A DNA stretch of 64,000 nucleotides, from IMG/VR virus record IMGVR_UViG_3300045988_019695, positions 1 to 64,000 of that record; one strand, given 5' to 3'. Position numbers and translations under genes: made by a program. Origin of the DNA: a virus. Below the pieces are notes generated by a model that was given only the letters and a program-made list of their open reading frames with translations, did no database searches and was not told the DNA's origin. Below are positions 28,211 through 40,457 of this stretch, one piece after another. Each line of letters starts with the position of its first letter. The stretch's first letter is position 1.

Positions 28211-28849
28211 TCATATATTTATTATTAATTTATCAGGATATCCGCTTTTATAATCGTAATTTAAAAAATCTTCTATATTAGAAAACTCGTATACCTATTT
28301 TTTATGTAGAGATGTAACATTAAAGCAATTCATAGCATACATTTCTATTTTAGAAAGCAATTCTATTGCTTTGTTACAATTTAACTCTAATTTATAATTT
28401 CCTAGCCAAAGTCCTATTTTCTAGCCTCCTGCTCTTTGTGTAACATTTATAGAGTTCATGAGTCCTACTCGTGTATCCTTGTCGAGCCATGTCTACATAC
28501 CATTCAACTCAAATCCATTTACAGACGAAGATGTGTCATACTTTTCGATATAAGAAAGCATCGCCTTACGCATATATTCTAATGGTTCTGCGCCTAGACC
28601 TTCACAAATCTCTTTAATTTCTTCCATGCTCGCCTGTTCTCCACTTGTTAAGATATCATTAAGAACTAACTCCATGCTCGGCTTGTAGTCATATCGCTCA
28701 AGCATGTAATCACAGAGAGAGGACTCATTTTCCTGCCCATCCTCTGTTTTATCAACCTGCATGGTCTTAGCCCATGCAACTCTATAGATGTCACTATCAA
28801 CGATTTTAAAAGCTGAAAAATCTGATGATTCTCCAAACGTTTTTACCAT
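28211..28849 (-). CDS. Tail-fibre-associated hypothetical protein (~212 aa)
   Basis: ORF 28493..28849 extended through TAG to TGA 28211-28213. Confidence 0.6.
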
Positions 28850-28897
28850 AATTATAATAATTATATTTCATTGTAAGAAGTAGAAAGAGTAAAAAAA

Positions 28898-30625
28898 TTA
28901 ATCAAAACCGAACACTGCATGGACCATATAAGATTCAGTCTTATCTGAGGCAGTAGTATAACCAGTACTAAATCTAAGTGTCCATACGTAACTTTCTGAA
29001 TATTGAGTAGAAGACCAATAAGGCAATGATTCATCTAAGCCTCCTCCGATCAAGCCTAATGCTTTTGAAAGAGCAGGGTAGTTATTAAAGACATCAGTTA
29101 ATTCTCCAAGTGCCCATAGATAACCTTTTTCTCCATTAATAAATTTGTAGCCACGACATCGTTGTGCTGCGTAATAAGTGTTACCAGATGCAACAATCTT
29201 ATCTGTATTCAATTTGCCAGAGTAATCTTTCTTAGCTTTTTTTTCACTATCTGCAGTAATTCCAGGAACTGCGTAATCGTTTCTACCCCACTTATCTGCT
29301 GCAATACTATAAGGTGCGATTACTATTTTAGTATTTTCTGTACCAAGGTATACACCTACAGCCTTTTTGTTATTAGATTTATCCCAATTATTAACCAATG
29401 TAAAATTACGATCAGTATCAAAGATATATATACCAATAGGAAGATGAGTATATGATAATGTCACACTACGACTTTTCTGATTAGCAGTATATGTAACTGC
29501 CAATGGATAAGAATATCCGCTTTTCTTATTCGCTGATACACTATAAGTTACTCCAAATGGAACTTTTACAGAGTATGGACCATTATATGTGTGGGTCTCG
29601 TTATTAGTCGTAACAACTTGTCCATTCATACTTGCTCCATTATTGGCTGTCACAGTTATCGTTACTACCTCAGTGTCGTATTGCATTGTCACGTTGCGGG
29701 TAGAGCCAACCCCAGTCGTAAACGCCTTAGATTCTGGACTGCGGTATCCTTTAACAGATGAAACGGAAATGGAAACATGCGTAATAGGAACTATCTTTAA
29801 CTTTAACTCTGTTCCTTCCCACTGATGTGTAGATATTACATTGCCTGTATCGGTATTTGTGACGATGATAGTTGCCCCATTAAGCGCAGTATCAGAGTTT
29901 GACTGATTGCTGACAAGAGATATAGATACTACCTCATTTATTTCTACACTACCTCCGCTAATCTCACCCCACACTGCATTATTACCTGAGATGTCGTAGA
30001 GCTGATAGAACTTATATCCATGCTCTGCGGAACTGTCCGCTACTCGGCACATATATCCGACCTTGAACGAGCGTGTCACTCCATTGTCTGTAAATGTTAG
30101 CGTACTTGATGTAGGAGCAGATGAGAGAGTTGGAATTACGTATTCAGTATCCGTAAATTTCGCATTCGATGGAACATTTGCGTTGACGGTATAACCGTTA
30201 ACAGTGGATGCACTAGATGCTGTAGAAGCGTTACCTTCAAGTCCTCCTTTGAATTTAGCTGCAGCAACAGTACCAGGGAAAGATGTATTTCCTTCAGAGT
30301 CTAATATTGTAGCTGTGCGCTTAGCTGTTGCAAATACTCCTATGTATTGCCTAATATAGATTGGCTCTGCGCCATCATCAGCAGTAGCTATTTCCATATA
30401 GCCAGCATTCTCTTTTGTAGCGCCTCCTCCTATTCTCCAAAAATCATATCCACCGCAAGTTCCTTTTATCTGGCGAAATGTTGTCCCGCTATCGCTGAAC
30501 AACAAATCACCTGTTAAAGTGCCACCAGATAAAGGTAAATAATTGTGTGTATGATCTTTTAATGCAAATTTAGTCTTGCATATGGACCATAATGTGCCTA
30601 CACCTGTTCTATCAAGTATTTGCAT
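28898..30625 (-). CDS. Tail fibre/receptor-binding protein with C-terminal C-type-lectin/FISUMP-like domain (575 aa)
   Basis: HTHNYLPLSGGTLTGDLLFS fibre motif; C-terminus YWSSTQYSESYVWTLRFSTGYTTASDKTESYMVHAVFGFD; ends TAA. Confidence 0.8.
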   Translation of the reverse strand: MQILDRTGVGTLWSICKTKFALKDHTHNYLPLSGGTLTGDLLFSDSGTTFRQIKGTCGGYDFWRIGGGATKENAGYMEIATADDGAEPIYIRQYIGVFATAKRTATILDSEGNTSFPGTVAAAKFKGGLEGNASTASSASTVNGYTVNANVPSNAKFTDTEYVIPTLSSAPTSSTLTFTDNGVTRSFKVGYMCRVADSSAEHGYKFYQLYDISGNNAVWGEISGGSVEINEVVSISLVSNQSNSDTALNGATIIVTNTDTGNVISTHQWEGTELKLKIVPITHVSISVSSVKGYRSPESKAFTTGVGSTRNVTMQYDTEVVTITVTANNGASMNGQVVTTNNETHTYNGPYSVKVPFGVTYSVSANKKSGYSYPLAVTYTANQKSRSVTLSYTHLPIGIYIFDTDRNFTLVNNWDKSNNKKAVGVYLGTENTKIVIAPYSIAADKWGRNDYAVPGITADSEKKAKKDYSGKLNTDKIVASGNTYYAAQRCRGYKFINGEKGYLWALGELTDVFNNYPALSKALGLIGGGLDESLPYWSSTQYSESYVWTLRFSTGYTTASDKTESYMVHAVFGFD

Positions 30626-31323
30626 TATACGAGAATAGATTTAAGTTCTGCATCAGATATAGCAGCAATACCATCAAGCTTAGCCTTATCTTCAGAAGAC
30701 ATAAGACCATTAGATGATGATGTAGCTAAACCATATGTAGTGTCGGTGTCGGTCCATGGAACATTAACATACATCTGGTTATCTTTTAACTGTACAGCGT
30801 AATTTCTATCAGCAGAATTTGTAGAAAAACCAACCTTTACACCACCAAGTACTGATTCAGAAGCTGCAGGAAGCGTATAATTATTGGCGTGATCTGCAAT
30901 GCCTGCAAGCTTATTCTTCTCTGCTGTTGTGTAATCATTAGTAGACAATCCTTTACCAGACACTTTATCTACCTTTGTATCAAGCTGATTATTTACGTAT
31001 TCTATCTTTGCATAAGGCTGTAAATCAACTGTGCTTCTAAAATCTCCAAGTTTTTCCCATTTACCGCCTACATACATATATTCTGAATACAAGTTGCTCT
31101 CTATTGCAGAATCTTTAACCAAGTATATCTTAGTTGTATCGATATTTGATGTAGGAAGCACTTCAACGACCTTATAAAGAGATAAGTCGATCTAAATATC
31201 ACCTGTTCCTTTTATACTTGAGCCGTTAATTGTTTTAAACTGCTAAGCATCTATAGAAGTTTTAACATGATTTTTAACGGAGCCCCAAAGGGTTGCGACT
31301 CCGGCTGTATTAAGAAATTCCAT
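30625..31323 (-). CDS. Tail fibre protein (~232 aa)
   Basis: ATG 31323 (MEFLNTAGVATLWGSVKNHVKTSIDAQQFKTINGSSIKGTGDIQ), in-frame TAGs, then ORF 30625..31161, TAA. Confidence 0.7.
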
Positions 31324-31325
31324 AA

Positions 31326-31574
31326 TTATATTGATTTATATAAAGCCTTGGCTGTAATAGTATACTGAGTTGTGTCATCCTTGTCCTTTCTAATGTACTT
31401 AGAGTCATTAACGGCAGCCGTAGGCAAATTATTAATAGTTGTTTGTAATTGTGTTATAGTGGTCTAAAGATTATTGATCAACTACTACAATTCATTTATA
31501 TTATTCTATGTAGCAAACTTTCCTTTAATCTTAGACCACAATACTTCAACACCAGTTTTATCAAGTATTTCCAT
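31326..31574 (-). CDS. Small fibre-module protein (~82 aa)
   Basis: MEILDKTGVEVLWSKIKGKFATQNNINELQQLINNLQTTITQLQTTINNLPTAAVNDSKYIRKDKDDTTQYTITAKALYKSI; TAG-rich, TAA 31326-31328. Confidence 0.6.
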
Positions 31575-31575
31575 A

Positions 31576-33441
31576 TTAAGTCAAGATTAAGTTAAGTGTG
31601 TCTGAACTAATTGGTGTAGCTACAGTACCATCAGCCAATAAAATCTGTTCGTTTGTACCACCGGTCTTTATATACTTAGGCGATATTAAGTCACCAGTAA
31701 GAGTACCACCGGTCAAAGGAAGATATTTATTAGCATCAGCCTTAAGGTTAAGAGCGTTCTGCGTAGCTATAGAGATAGGCTTATTAATGTCTGATGTATT
31801 ATCAACATTATCAAGTCCTACCTAAGTCTTAGTTACATGATGAGGATTCTCATAGTCTGATGTGTGTCTGCTGAGATTTGACGTAATAATCATCTCAGCT
31901 TCTTTAGCACGCTGTATTTCGGCATTTAAAGCCGCTGTAGAGCCCTAACCAGACTGAGAGATACTATTCTTTATCTCTGTGTCTGCAGCCTCTCTAGCAG
32001 CCTTCTCTGCGTTCACAGCTGCATTTATAGCATTCTATACACCTGTGATCTTTACACCAGTAGAAGATACTGACAAAAAGTTCTCTGACAGCGGATCTAC
32101 TTTAACATAAACCTTGTGTTCGTTTACTTCTAAGCCATTAGCAAACTCTGTCTCCTCAAGGAACTTAGAGTAGTCGAGCTTAGCCAGTTTGTAAGTACCA
32201 TTAGAAAGAATGTATGAAATACACAATGCTGTAGAACCTACAGGATTACCAGCATGGATTGTACCATCCTCATTAAGTGTTGCATTCATATCAAGAACCT
32301 CAATGTCCTTAATAGACTGGTCCTTAGCGATATCAATTGTAACGCCCTTAGCTTCTCCATTAACCTAGAGCTGATATGATACAGCTGTAGTTGAATCATG
32401 AGGAGTTACTTTAGCTACTGTTATACTACCAATCTTAGCTTGAAGAGCCTGCTCTGCAGCCTTAGCTCTATCAGATTCAGCTTTAATAGCTTCCTTTCTA
32501 TCCGATATCTCAGAGTTAAGGTTATCTGTAAGAGTACCCTCAGCAGCTGTAGCTCTATTTTGCTCTGCTGTAATTCTATCTGAGAGACCATTCTCTGCTG
32601 TAGTAGCTCTACTAACTTCTGTAGCAAGACTAGCTGTAATCTTAGCCTCCTCAGACTTAGCTCTACTAATCTCTGTATTCAACAGAGCTTTAATAGCGTC
32701 ATCTGCATCAGATCTGCTCTTAGCTTCCTGCTGTTCAGCAGCCTTAGCTCTATCAATCTCGTTGCTGAGGTTGTTAGAGATAAGTCTCTCTGCATCTTCT
32801 GCTCTAGTCTACTCCTATTCAATCTTTGCTCTGATAATGTTGTCTTCACTCTGTCTTTCAGCTTTCTCTGTAGCATCAGCTTCCTGTCTAGCAAGCTTCT
32901 CCTCATTATCTGCATCCTATCTAGCTAACGTTTCAGCGTTAATGCTGGCTGCAAGAGATTCGTCTCCAGTCACTCTATTGTTAATTTCTTTAACAATATC
33001 GTTTGTATTTTTCTCTATAAGGTTTCTATTATCTCTTTCTGAAGCCTCAGCTCTATTCTTCTCTGTTGTTAAAGCAGCTCTAATATCAGTCTCTTCATGA
33101 TTAGCTCTATCTACTTCTGCAATGAGATCATCTGCAAGCTACTTACCCTTGTCTCCAGGATAAGCCGTTCCAGATGTTTCTCCAAGAGCAATAGACTAAC
33201 TTACTTCTACATATGTTGATCCTCCCCATCTATATGTAAGATTAGTGTCTTTTGCTACATATATCTTACCTTCTTCCCCCTAATTAGGGAATGAAAGTAT
33301 ATTTTCGTATTCCTCAACATCATCTACGTAAGAAGGTAACTATGAAGCAGGAACTTTACCATTATTGCTAAGATTAGCAAAATTGCGTTTGATTTTACCC
33401 CAAAGGTACTCAACGCCCTATTGATCTAAATATTGTTTCAT
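31576..33441 (-). CDS. Coiled-coil tail fibre protein (~621 aa)
   Basis: MKQYLDQQGVEYLWGKIKRNFANLSN..., repeated RAxAAE heptad-like segments, KYLPLTGGTLTGDLISPKYIKTGG; frame of ORFs 32365..32682 and 32035..32289; TAA 31576-31578. Confidence 0.75.
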
Positions 33442-33442
33442 A

Positions 33443-33712
33443 TTACTCTATTACTAAGATTTGTGAAAGAATACTCAAAGGAATGCCTTCGTTGTCCTCG
33501 ACATTATCAAGTCTAGTATTAAGGTTGTACACATTATCCGTAAGTACATCAACCTTATTCTTAAAGTACTGGTTAATATCGTTCTAGAGACCTGTATTTA
33601 CATATCTGAGCATTCCGTCATCGTATATCTGGAGGGCGTCTGCTACGACTCCCTCCGTTGATATGCTTACTATTTTACCATTGATCTATAGATCTTCTCT
33701 CTTTGTATCCAT
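33443..33712 (-). CDS. Small fibre-module/adaptor protein (~89 aa)
   Basis: MDTKREDLQINGKIVSISTEGVVADALQIYDDGMLRYVNTGLQNDINQYFKNKVD..., TAA 33443-33445. Confidence 0.6.
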
Positions 33713-33714
33713 TA

Positions 33715-36700
33715 TTATGTACTTAATATGTATCTTGTGTTACCGATTGTCTTATCAGATGGAGATATAGAGCTAACATTAACCTCAACCTCAGTTGGAA
33801 TTCCAGTAACAGAATTACTAAATGATACAGTTGTGCTATTATCAGAACTATTGGCTTGTACAGTTATATAATAATTAGAATTATACCAAGCTGTACCATA
33901 TTTAGCCCTAGCAATTCCACTAATGGTTACAGCAAATGGGACGGATGGAGAAATAGAAACACCAACGTTCGCAGTTGCTATACCGAGCGGAAAGCCACTC
34001 GCGCTGACCACAGCGTTTACGACAGGTGTTGCGCTACCATCCTATATTATTGTGCAAGTGGCATCTGGATAAGATAAACCGTAATCATTCTTTCCGCTAT
34101 CGGCTCCAGGATAAGACTTTGTAAACGTTAAGTTTCTCTGTGTTGTATTAGTGTTTTCTCCATAAGAGAATGTCTATCTACCAGATGCTACAACATCTCC
34201 TCCTGTACCAATTTTCCAGTTCCAATCGAACGTGTAAAACAGTTCAACACTACCAGCTCCAGAAGAAAGGTTGCTACTTTCAACAACAATTCTATTAAGA
34301 CCAGAACTTGTTATTCTACTATTAGCATCTTGTTCCCAAGTATATGATAAACCAGTGTCGCTTACAGTTTCTGTGCCAGACGCTTTATCTGTACTATATA
34401 AAATATCCTTAGTTAAGCTTACAGTTTTATCTGTTACATCTTGCTCAACTCCACCTTTAGTATAATACTATTGGTAAGTTAATGATTGCTTACCGCCTGA
34501 TGTAGTAAATGACATAGAGTTACCATTCTTCCACCTATAGAATGGGCCTAATACTGGATCTTCTGGTCTACCATTCTGAGACCATGACCATGTAATAGTG
34601 TTACCAGAATTGTTTTGCGTAAGTGTTCCGCTATCACTCCTAGAAAAAGTGGATGTATTATTTCCGCTAGGCCATCCTTTTTCTCTTCCAGTATAACCAA
34701 CATCTTGACGTTCTGTATTACCTTTAGAGCTGGTTCTAGTTCTGTATGAATTAATAGTAGCGTTATTATATTCTCCAAAATCCGCAGCATTGCTTAAGTC
34801 GTATGCTATATCATTTGCAGAAATAGATTCAGTCATATTACTCCACTAGAATGTATATATTACAGAAGGATCATCCCAACTTGGCCATATCTCCGGTTCT
34901 GGAGCAGGTTCGTTATACGTAATGTCAAATGTAGCAGAATCACGATAAGTGTGACCAGTATTATAATCATAATATGTCTAGGTTACTGTAACGCTACCAC
35001 TACCATTTGCTGTTCCAGATATTGTTGTACCATATTTAGATATCTGCATGCTTCCAGACAAGCCAGACACATTAGATGCAGATATGCTACACATTTCGCC
35101 TTCTGATTCACCAGATATATGGCTTCTAGTAGGCTTACAAGCTGCTCTCTTATTAGATGTTGTACCAGATGCGGTATATGGAGTATAGTCTTCATACTCC
35201 TGATAAGCGTAAGCTGTAAAGCTAATATCCGCAGGTTTTTCTTTTATTGTAATAGAAGAAGGACTTACGCTTACGTGTACATCTCCCCACGTTCTAGAAT
35301 TACTTCCAGCAGTTACAGAATATCTTTTTTCTCCTGGATCATTCTAAGAAACGATTACTCTAGTACCAACCCAATTATTAGAACCTCCAGTAACAGTAGC
35401 ATCTTCGCCACCAATTGTGATAGTAGGCCTCTCAGGACATGTAACATTAACTGTGTAAGTCCAGCTCTTTAAAGCAGGATTATATATAACATTACATGAA
35501 GCACTTTCTCCATTAGCATTAGATTCTGTACATGTTACAGTTATTGTTCCTATACTTTCTGTACTAGATGCTGTAGCTGTAAATGATGTTCCATTTTTAG
35601 AGAATGTCATACCAGAAGGTCCGCTAACAGAATAGCTATTACCAGTGTGACTCGTAGAACTACTTGTTACATCAGTTGATACTTCTCCATTCTTAGCAAC
35701 AGTTCCACTAGATGTTCTCCAGATATATTTTGTACCAGACTGATACATAGATACACTAAACTCTTTTGTTAGATTATCGTCAAGATTCCATGAATCAGGT
35801 GACAAAGAAACATTGTAGTCGTTCCATTCTGTATCTTTAGTACCACCAGAGATACTCCATGATACACTATCAGGTGCTGATGTTGTAGCAGAATCACTAA
35901 TAGTAATCTTTCCTACATAGTAACCATTGATATGAGTTACAATAGCATTATGGCCGTTGATTGTAATAGTAGGAGTATTGCTTGTATTAGTATCAGAAGC
36001 CTTTACAGTATATGTATAGCTATCGTATGAAGGTTCTGTATAGAATACATTTGTTGTAGCTGATAGACTTCCATATGTAACAATTATAGAGCCAGTGCAA
36101 GATGTGCTAGATGCAGCTGAAGTGAAGTTCATTCCATCTTTAGAATGAGAGAAAGACTAGCCTGATGGATGCGTATCACTAATAGTGTAATCAATAGTAG
36201 GATACTCTGTAGTCGTAGAAGTAGTAAGGCTAACACTTGTAGAATCATTTCTAGCAATAGTACCAGTAGTATGATCCCAAGCTTTAGTAGTTTTTATTCT
36301 ACTATAACCAACTGTGAACTATTTAGATAATCCTTCTTTCAGATCCCAAGATGTTGGAGATATAGAAAGCGTACCTTCGTTATATGTGTCTCCAGCTCCA
36401 CCTCCACTTATTGTAAAATCAACAAATTCAGGTGCTTCACTCTCAGTTCTTACTCTAGTTGTATACTAGAATGTATAAGTATTACCTGATGTTGTATACC
36501 TAGTAATAGCTGTGCCGTTTATGGTGACAGTAGGAGCAGAAGTGCAAGTAGCTACAAGTGAATATGTGTAAACAAGATTAGCTTCTTTAGCTTCCTGTAT
36601 AATAGTAATTGTGTCAGAATTGCCAGTAGCGTTAGAACCATTTATATGTCCAATTCGCTGATTACCCATATTAGCTGTTACTTTGAATCTTATTTCGGTA

Positions 36701-37044
36701 CTGTTTATTACAATATCTGTAATCCAATCTACATCTGCTGTAGCATTATATTCTATTGTATCACCATCTATATCTCTTGACGATACAGCAGTTGTATATG
36801 TATTACCTGCAGCCTATGGATTATATCTATTATTAGCAAATGAGAATGTACTAAGATCTGGTTTATCTTCAACAGCGAATACATCTATATATTCGTTGTT
36901 AAGATACTATGACAAATTGGATGTAATATTCTTCCTATGAGACTCTGCTATCTACACAGCAGCAGACTTAGTTATACACTCATTTGTACCAGAAGTATTA
37001 TCTCCTACAAGCTAATAAACTTTCTTGTATGTTAATATTTCCAT
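33715..37044 (-). CDS. Large adhesin-like protein with Ig/BACON-like repeats (~1109 aa)
   Basis: Shared frame of ORFs ending 36669, 36132, 34836, 34011; ATG 37044, TAA 33715-33717. Repeats such as LSISPTSWDLKEGLSKQFTVGYS and VSLSPDSWNLDDNLTKEFSVSMY. Confidence 0.75.
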
Positions 37045-37046
37045 TT

Positions 37047-38198
37047 TTATGATTTATTAGTTTCAATACAGAACATTCCACTATTAAAGTAATATGTAAA
37101 CGTAGCTGATAATGTCATCCGCTCTTCAGGGTAATTATAATTACCTTGTCCATATATTTCGCAATACGCCGGAAGTGTATTAGAACCAGATTCTGTTACA
37201 CCATTTATATCAAATGTATAGTTTCCGCTATTTGACCAGCTAAACGAATCGTTATCTGTCTTTTTATATGCAGTGTAGCTCATTCCTATATCGTGGCCTT
37301 TTTGTCCAAACCATACAGTGTAAAGATAAACCTTACATGTAAGAAGTCCGTTCTCATCAGTAAGAGCTTCCTCTATAGTCTTTCCATTAAGAGTAGAAAT
37401 TTCGTCTCTATTCTAATTTATATACCGAGCTATAGAATCGAAGTCAACCAATGCGTGCTCCTAACCTGTACCAGTATTATCTCCAGCAAAGCCAAGAATA
37501 TTTGTTCCGTTAGGAAGTGATACTCTACTATTTGTGCCGAATCCAACATACTAATTTTGCACTCCGTTTATAAAGCATGCTACTGTTGTAGCCTAATCAA
37601 GGTCTCTACCGTTGCTCCAACTATAAGTAAAGTCGATAACATCACCGTAAACTAACTCAAGACCAGCTCTGGCTTGTATCAAGTTAATCTTACACTCCTT
37701 TGTTTCGTCTTCACTGTTTACTACTTTAATATTCTCTACTACAAACTAACTATTTGTGTTTTCAGCTTTAGGCCAAAAAGAATAACCATCAGTATTACTT
37801 ACGTATTCAAACCTCTCTGGATCTACAAGGATTCTACACCCTACAGCATCGTCGCTAAGCTTTTCACCAGTAATAAGGTATGTATGTTTGAGAGCTTTCA
37901 CATATATTCTTTTTGCATCAGAATCACTCTTAGCCTGTGCTGAAAATATTGCTTGAGCAGTATCGCTCCAGCTCTCATTATCATACGATACCTGTATAGA
38001 ATACTCGACCCTAGTCTAGCTTTCACATTCGAACTCATCTATAAGTTCAGAATCAGAATAGCTAGAAAGGTCGTTGGTTATCCTCTTTAGCTTCTAACTA
38101 GCAATATCTTGAGCTTCACTTTTAGTAATAATCTCATTTGTACTTAATGAAGTAGCTCCAACTTCATTATATACTTGTTTTTGTGTTAGAAGCTCCAT
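37047..38198 (-). CDS. Fibre/adhesin-associated protein (~383 aa)
   Basis: ATG 38198 (MELLTQKQVYNEVGATSLSTNEIITKSEAQDIAS...), TAA 37047-37049. Confidence 0.7.
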
Positions 38199-38204
38199 AA
38201 TAGA

Positions 38205-39008
38205 TTAATCTGTAATTTTAAAGAAATGCTGAGCATTTACATTACTAATACCGGCTGCAGGAGTAAGTGTAGCTCCATTCTTAACCCAGTATCTATTGAG
38301 AATCTGCTCAATCTTACTCTCAATATCATTACCGCCAATAGCCTGCTGAATCAGCTGATTAATTCTATTGTCGATATAGTTTGTAACATCACTGTTCTGC
38401 TTGATGATAGTGCTAAGGTCACCTGCTACCCACTGACCATTTGTATAGATAAGGACATTACCTTCTCTACCATCTGGGAGGAAAGCCTGTGCACCAGCGC
38501 CATTAATCTTACCATTAATAGTAATGTTGTTAACTGTTGTATTGCCATCAACTCTCAAGTCGCCTTCACTCTTAAGCAGCTTATGTACTGTAAGAGTATT
38601 ACAATCTAACTAAAGAGCCTTAAATACACCCATTACATCAAGGTCGTTACAAGTGATCTTGTGGTCTGCCTGAATGCTAACAGGGTTGCCATGTGCTGTA
38701 AGCTTATCGTAAGCATCAAGTGTACCACGAACTTCCTAGTTACCATTTACATCATGGTTACCACGAACAGTCTGATCGCCTTCTACAGTTGTATTGCCCT
38801 CGAATACTGTATCACCATGGAATGTAGCCCTATTGAACTCTGGGTTACTCTTGAAGTCTTCTACCTTATTATTGATGTTCTTTACAACATCCTCAATAGA
38901 AGCTTTGTTCTTCTCAGACCAGATCTGACTAGCATCAGCAACAATACCCTCTGTAGAGATGTTTACAAGCTTACCATATATCTGAATATCTTCGTTTGTT
39001 GCGTTCAT
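38205..39008 (-). CDS. Tail fibre/spike-like protein (~267 aa)
   Basis: MNATNEDIQIYGKLVNISTEGIVADASQIW..., repeated short G-N-T-T-V units (FEGNTTVEGDQTVRGNHDVNGN); TAA 38205-38207. Confidence 0.7.
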
Positions 39009-39010
39009 GA

Positions 39011-40396
39011 TTATTTGTTCTTAAATTTAACATAAACAGTAGAGCCACCTGTAGAAAGGTTTCTCTTCATTGGGTTAGGACAGCAGTAATAATATCTTGA
39101 ATCATTAAGCTTCTGCTGAGGCTTAGTGAGAGGGATATATGTAGCTGCGTCAACATTACCAACACCTTGTGTATTAATATTAGCAGCATACAAGATAGGC
39201 TGGCGTGTAACAATCCACAAGTACTGACCATCTGTATCGTTCTCTACAGTAGTAGCATCTGTAAGACTATCTACCTTTGTAAGAAGTGCGAGATTTACAT
39301 TCTCTACACCAACTGTATTGAAAGCTTCCTGGTCCCTTGTCTCGAAAGACTGATCCTTACGGTTAAAGCCATACTTGTAATCGTCTTCCATATTCTCTGG
39401 GAATGGACGTACAGGCAAGAAGCCAATGTAATCATAATCGCCACCAACTACAGTAACATTAAAGCCTGTGCTAACCTCATTGTTCTTAGCAGATACTGTT
39501 ACGTATGTAGATATAGTATTGTCCTGATCAAGAGCCCTAATGAGACCTGTATGCTGATCAATTGTAATAACACCTGTCTTGGCTGCATGGAAGTCAAGCT
39601 GCTCATAAGGCCAGTTATCTGGAGTATACTCAAGTACTGAACCATTCTCAAGCTCTACTTCAATATAGTACTGATGATCTCTTGTATCGAGTTCACCGAG
39701 TCTAATAGATGTATTGCCATACATGTTAAGGTCACCCTTAACTCTAATGGCCAAGATATTCTTGTTCATAAGATCGTCCTTATCTACATCGAGTGTAATG
39801 TCACCACTTGCACCAGACTTGTCATCTACAAGCTGAAGAACATCACCGTAGTCCATTGTATATGTATGGAGGTCGGTGCGACCCCAACCTGGCTCATAAA
39901 TCATAGCCTGTACAACGAGCTTGTATACACCACAGAACATCTGATCCTTTGCAGGGAAGTAGCACTGAATAGAGTTAGCCTTAGGCAGAACTCTAGAGTA
40001 TGCCAAGTATGTAAAGTCCTCACAAGCGCAGCAATTTACAGCGTCGTATGGCTTATTATACTTTGGAGGCAGTATGCCTGGACCAGCTGCAGGATTACAA
40101 CCATGTGGATCAAGCATGCAGCAGAAGCTATGACTGTAACGATTACAATCATTGTGACAGCAATCGTAGTATCTACAATGTGGCAAAGCATGATACTTTG
40201 GATGACCACATCTGTCGTTCACACAACCACAACCATGAACATGCTTATTCCAGAAGCAATCGACTGGGAAATAGTCGAGCATTGATGTATTAATCAAATA
40301 ACACTTAAGCTGTTTGATATTAGCTTGATCGTACGTACGTGGACCACGAAGTGTAAGATTCAATCTTACATCGTTTCCAATTCTAATTCTTTGCAT
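39011..40396 (-). CDS. Structural protein with Cys/His-rich insertion (~461 aa)
   Basis: Likely start MQRIRIGNDVRLNLTLRGPRTYDQANIKQLK (ATG 40396); contains CFWNKHVHGCGCVNDRCGHPKYHALPHCRYYDCCHNDCNRYSHSFCCMLDPHGC; TAA; no in-frame TAG. Confidence 0.75.
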   Translation of the reverse strand: MQRIRIGNDVRLNLTLRGPRTYDQANIKQLKCYLINTSMLDYFPVDCFWNKHVHGCGCVNDRCGHPKYHALPHCRYYDCCHNDCNRYSHSFCCMLDPHGCNPAAGPGILPPKYNKPYDAVNCCACEDFTYLAYSRVLPKANSIQCYFPAKDQMFCGVYKLVVQAMIYEPGWGRTDLHTYTMDYGDVLQLVDDKSGASGDITLDVDKDDLMNKNILAIRVKGDLNMYGNTSIRLGELDTRDHQYYIEVELENGSVLEYTPDNWPYEQLDFHAAKTGVITIDQHTGLIRALDQDNTISTYVTVSAKNNEVSTGFNVTVVGGDYDYIGFLPVRPFPENMEDDYKYGFNRKDQSFETRDQEAFNTVGVENVNLALLTKVDSLTDATTVENDTDGQYLWIVTRQPILYAANINTQGVGNVDAATYIPLTKPQQKLNDSRYYYCCPNPMKRNLSTGGSTVYVKFKNK

Positions 40397-40420
40397 ATTA
40401 TAATATGTATTAAAAACAAA

Positions 40421-40452
40421 TGCCGAGATAGGGCAAGTACCCCACCCCGGCA
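40421..40452 (-). terminator. Putative intergenic hairpin/terminator
   Basis: tgccg...cggca with inner ggg/ccc pairing; on the minus strand followed by ATTTGTTTTTAA. Confidence 0.4.
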
Positions 40453-40457
40453 ATTAA

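Noticed and set aside
28898-30625. Complete diversity-generating retroelement
   Set aside because: Only a CLec-like domain is visible; neither a reverse transcriptase nor a template repeat was recognised within 64 kb.
32365-33440. Direct DNA repeats or a CRISPR-like array in the coiled-coil fibre gene
   Set aside because: The periodicity is heptad-like at protein level (RAxAAE) and imperfect at DNA level. No repeat-spacer structure was seen, and no CRISPR array was found in the window.
39674-40285. Plus-strand ORFs of 203 and 81 aa opposite the Cys-rich protein gene
   Set aside because: Antisense shadows of a well-supported minus-strand gene.
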